DNA of 64,000 nt from Raillietiella orientalis (lineage: Eukaryota): contig JAYWIR010000011.1 of assembly GCA_036172245.1 (NCBI GenBank), forward strand, positions 3,286,001 to 3,350,000. The letters are read 5' to 3'. The notes below the pieces were generated by a model. That model ran no database searches. It saw only the letters and a list, made by a program, of their open reading frames with translations, and was not told the DNA's origin. A program made the translations under genes and the position numbers. This document shows positions 63,923 through 64,000 of the stretch, in pieces (position 1 is the first letter of the stretch; the number at the start of each line of letters is the position of its first letter).

Positions 63923-64000
63923 CGAAAGGCTGAGAAGAACGAGGGAGGCGGGGAGAAGATTTCTGGAAGACGCAACTCCTACCCCCCATCCCCCCCCGCT
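63923..64000 (-). repeat. dispersed repeat (copy of 21107-21179), runs to the window edge
   Basis: Its reverse complement matches 21107-21179 with few mismatches. Confidence 0.9.

Larger units (their letters stand above)
60600..64000. promoter_or_regulatory. GC/CpG-rich island upstream of eya (candidate promoter or first-exon region)
   Basis: High GC/CpG, GCC repeats and G-tracts; lies 5' of the minus-strand eya gene. Confidence 0.3.

Overview
Eukaryotic (animal-like) genomic DNA with GC/CpG-rich islands, microsatellites and many decayed transposon fragments; there is no prokaryotic operon and no CRISPR array. The only well-supported protein gene is a multi-exon eyes absent (eya) homologue on the minus strand. 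I reconstructed it by hand as up to 15 phase-consistent GT-AG exons from 46652 down to the TGA at 25830 (614 codons plus stop); the true start was not located. Its Eya domain is clearly recognisable, but the HAD phosphatase catalytic motifs are altered (WDLDET to WELEDT; GDGxxE to GSTEEE), which suggests a pseudophosphatase. The rest of the window holds degenerate LINE, RLE-type non-LTR, Ty3/gypsy, Harbinger and hAT fragments, and every one I could recognise lies on the minus strand. It also contains a 93-bp near-perfect hairpin, a 47-bp x6 minisatellite and a few dispersed repeats. All family assignments come from recalled consensus motifs, not database searches.
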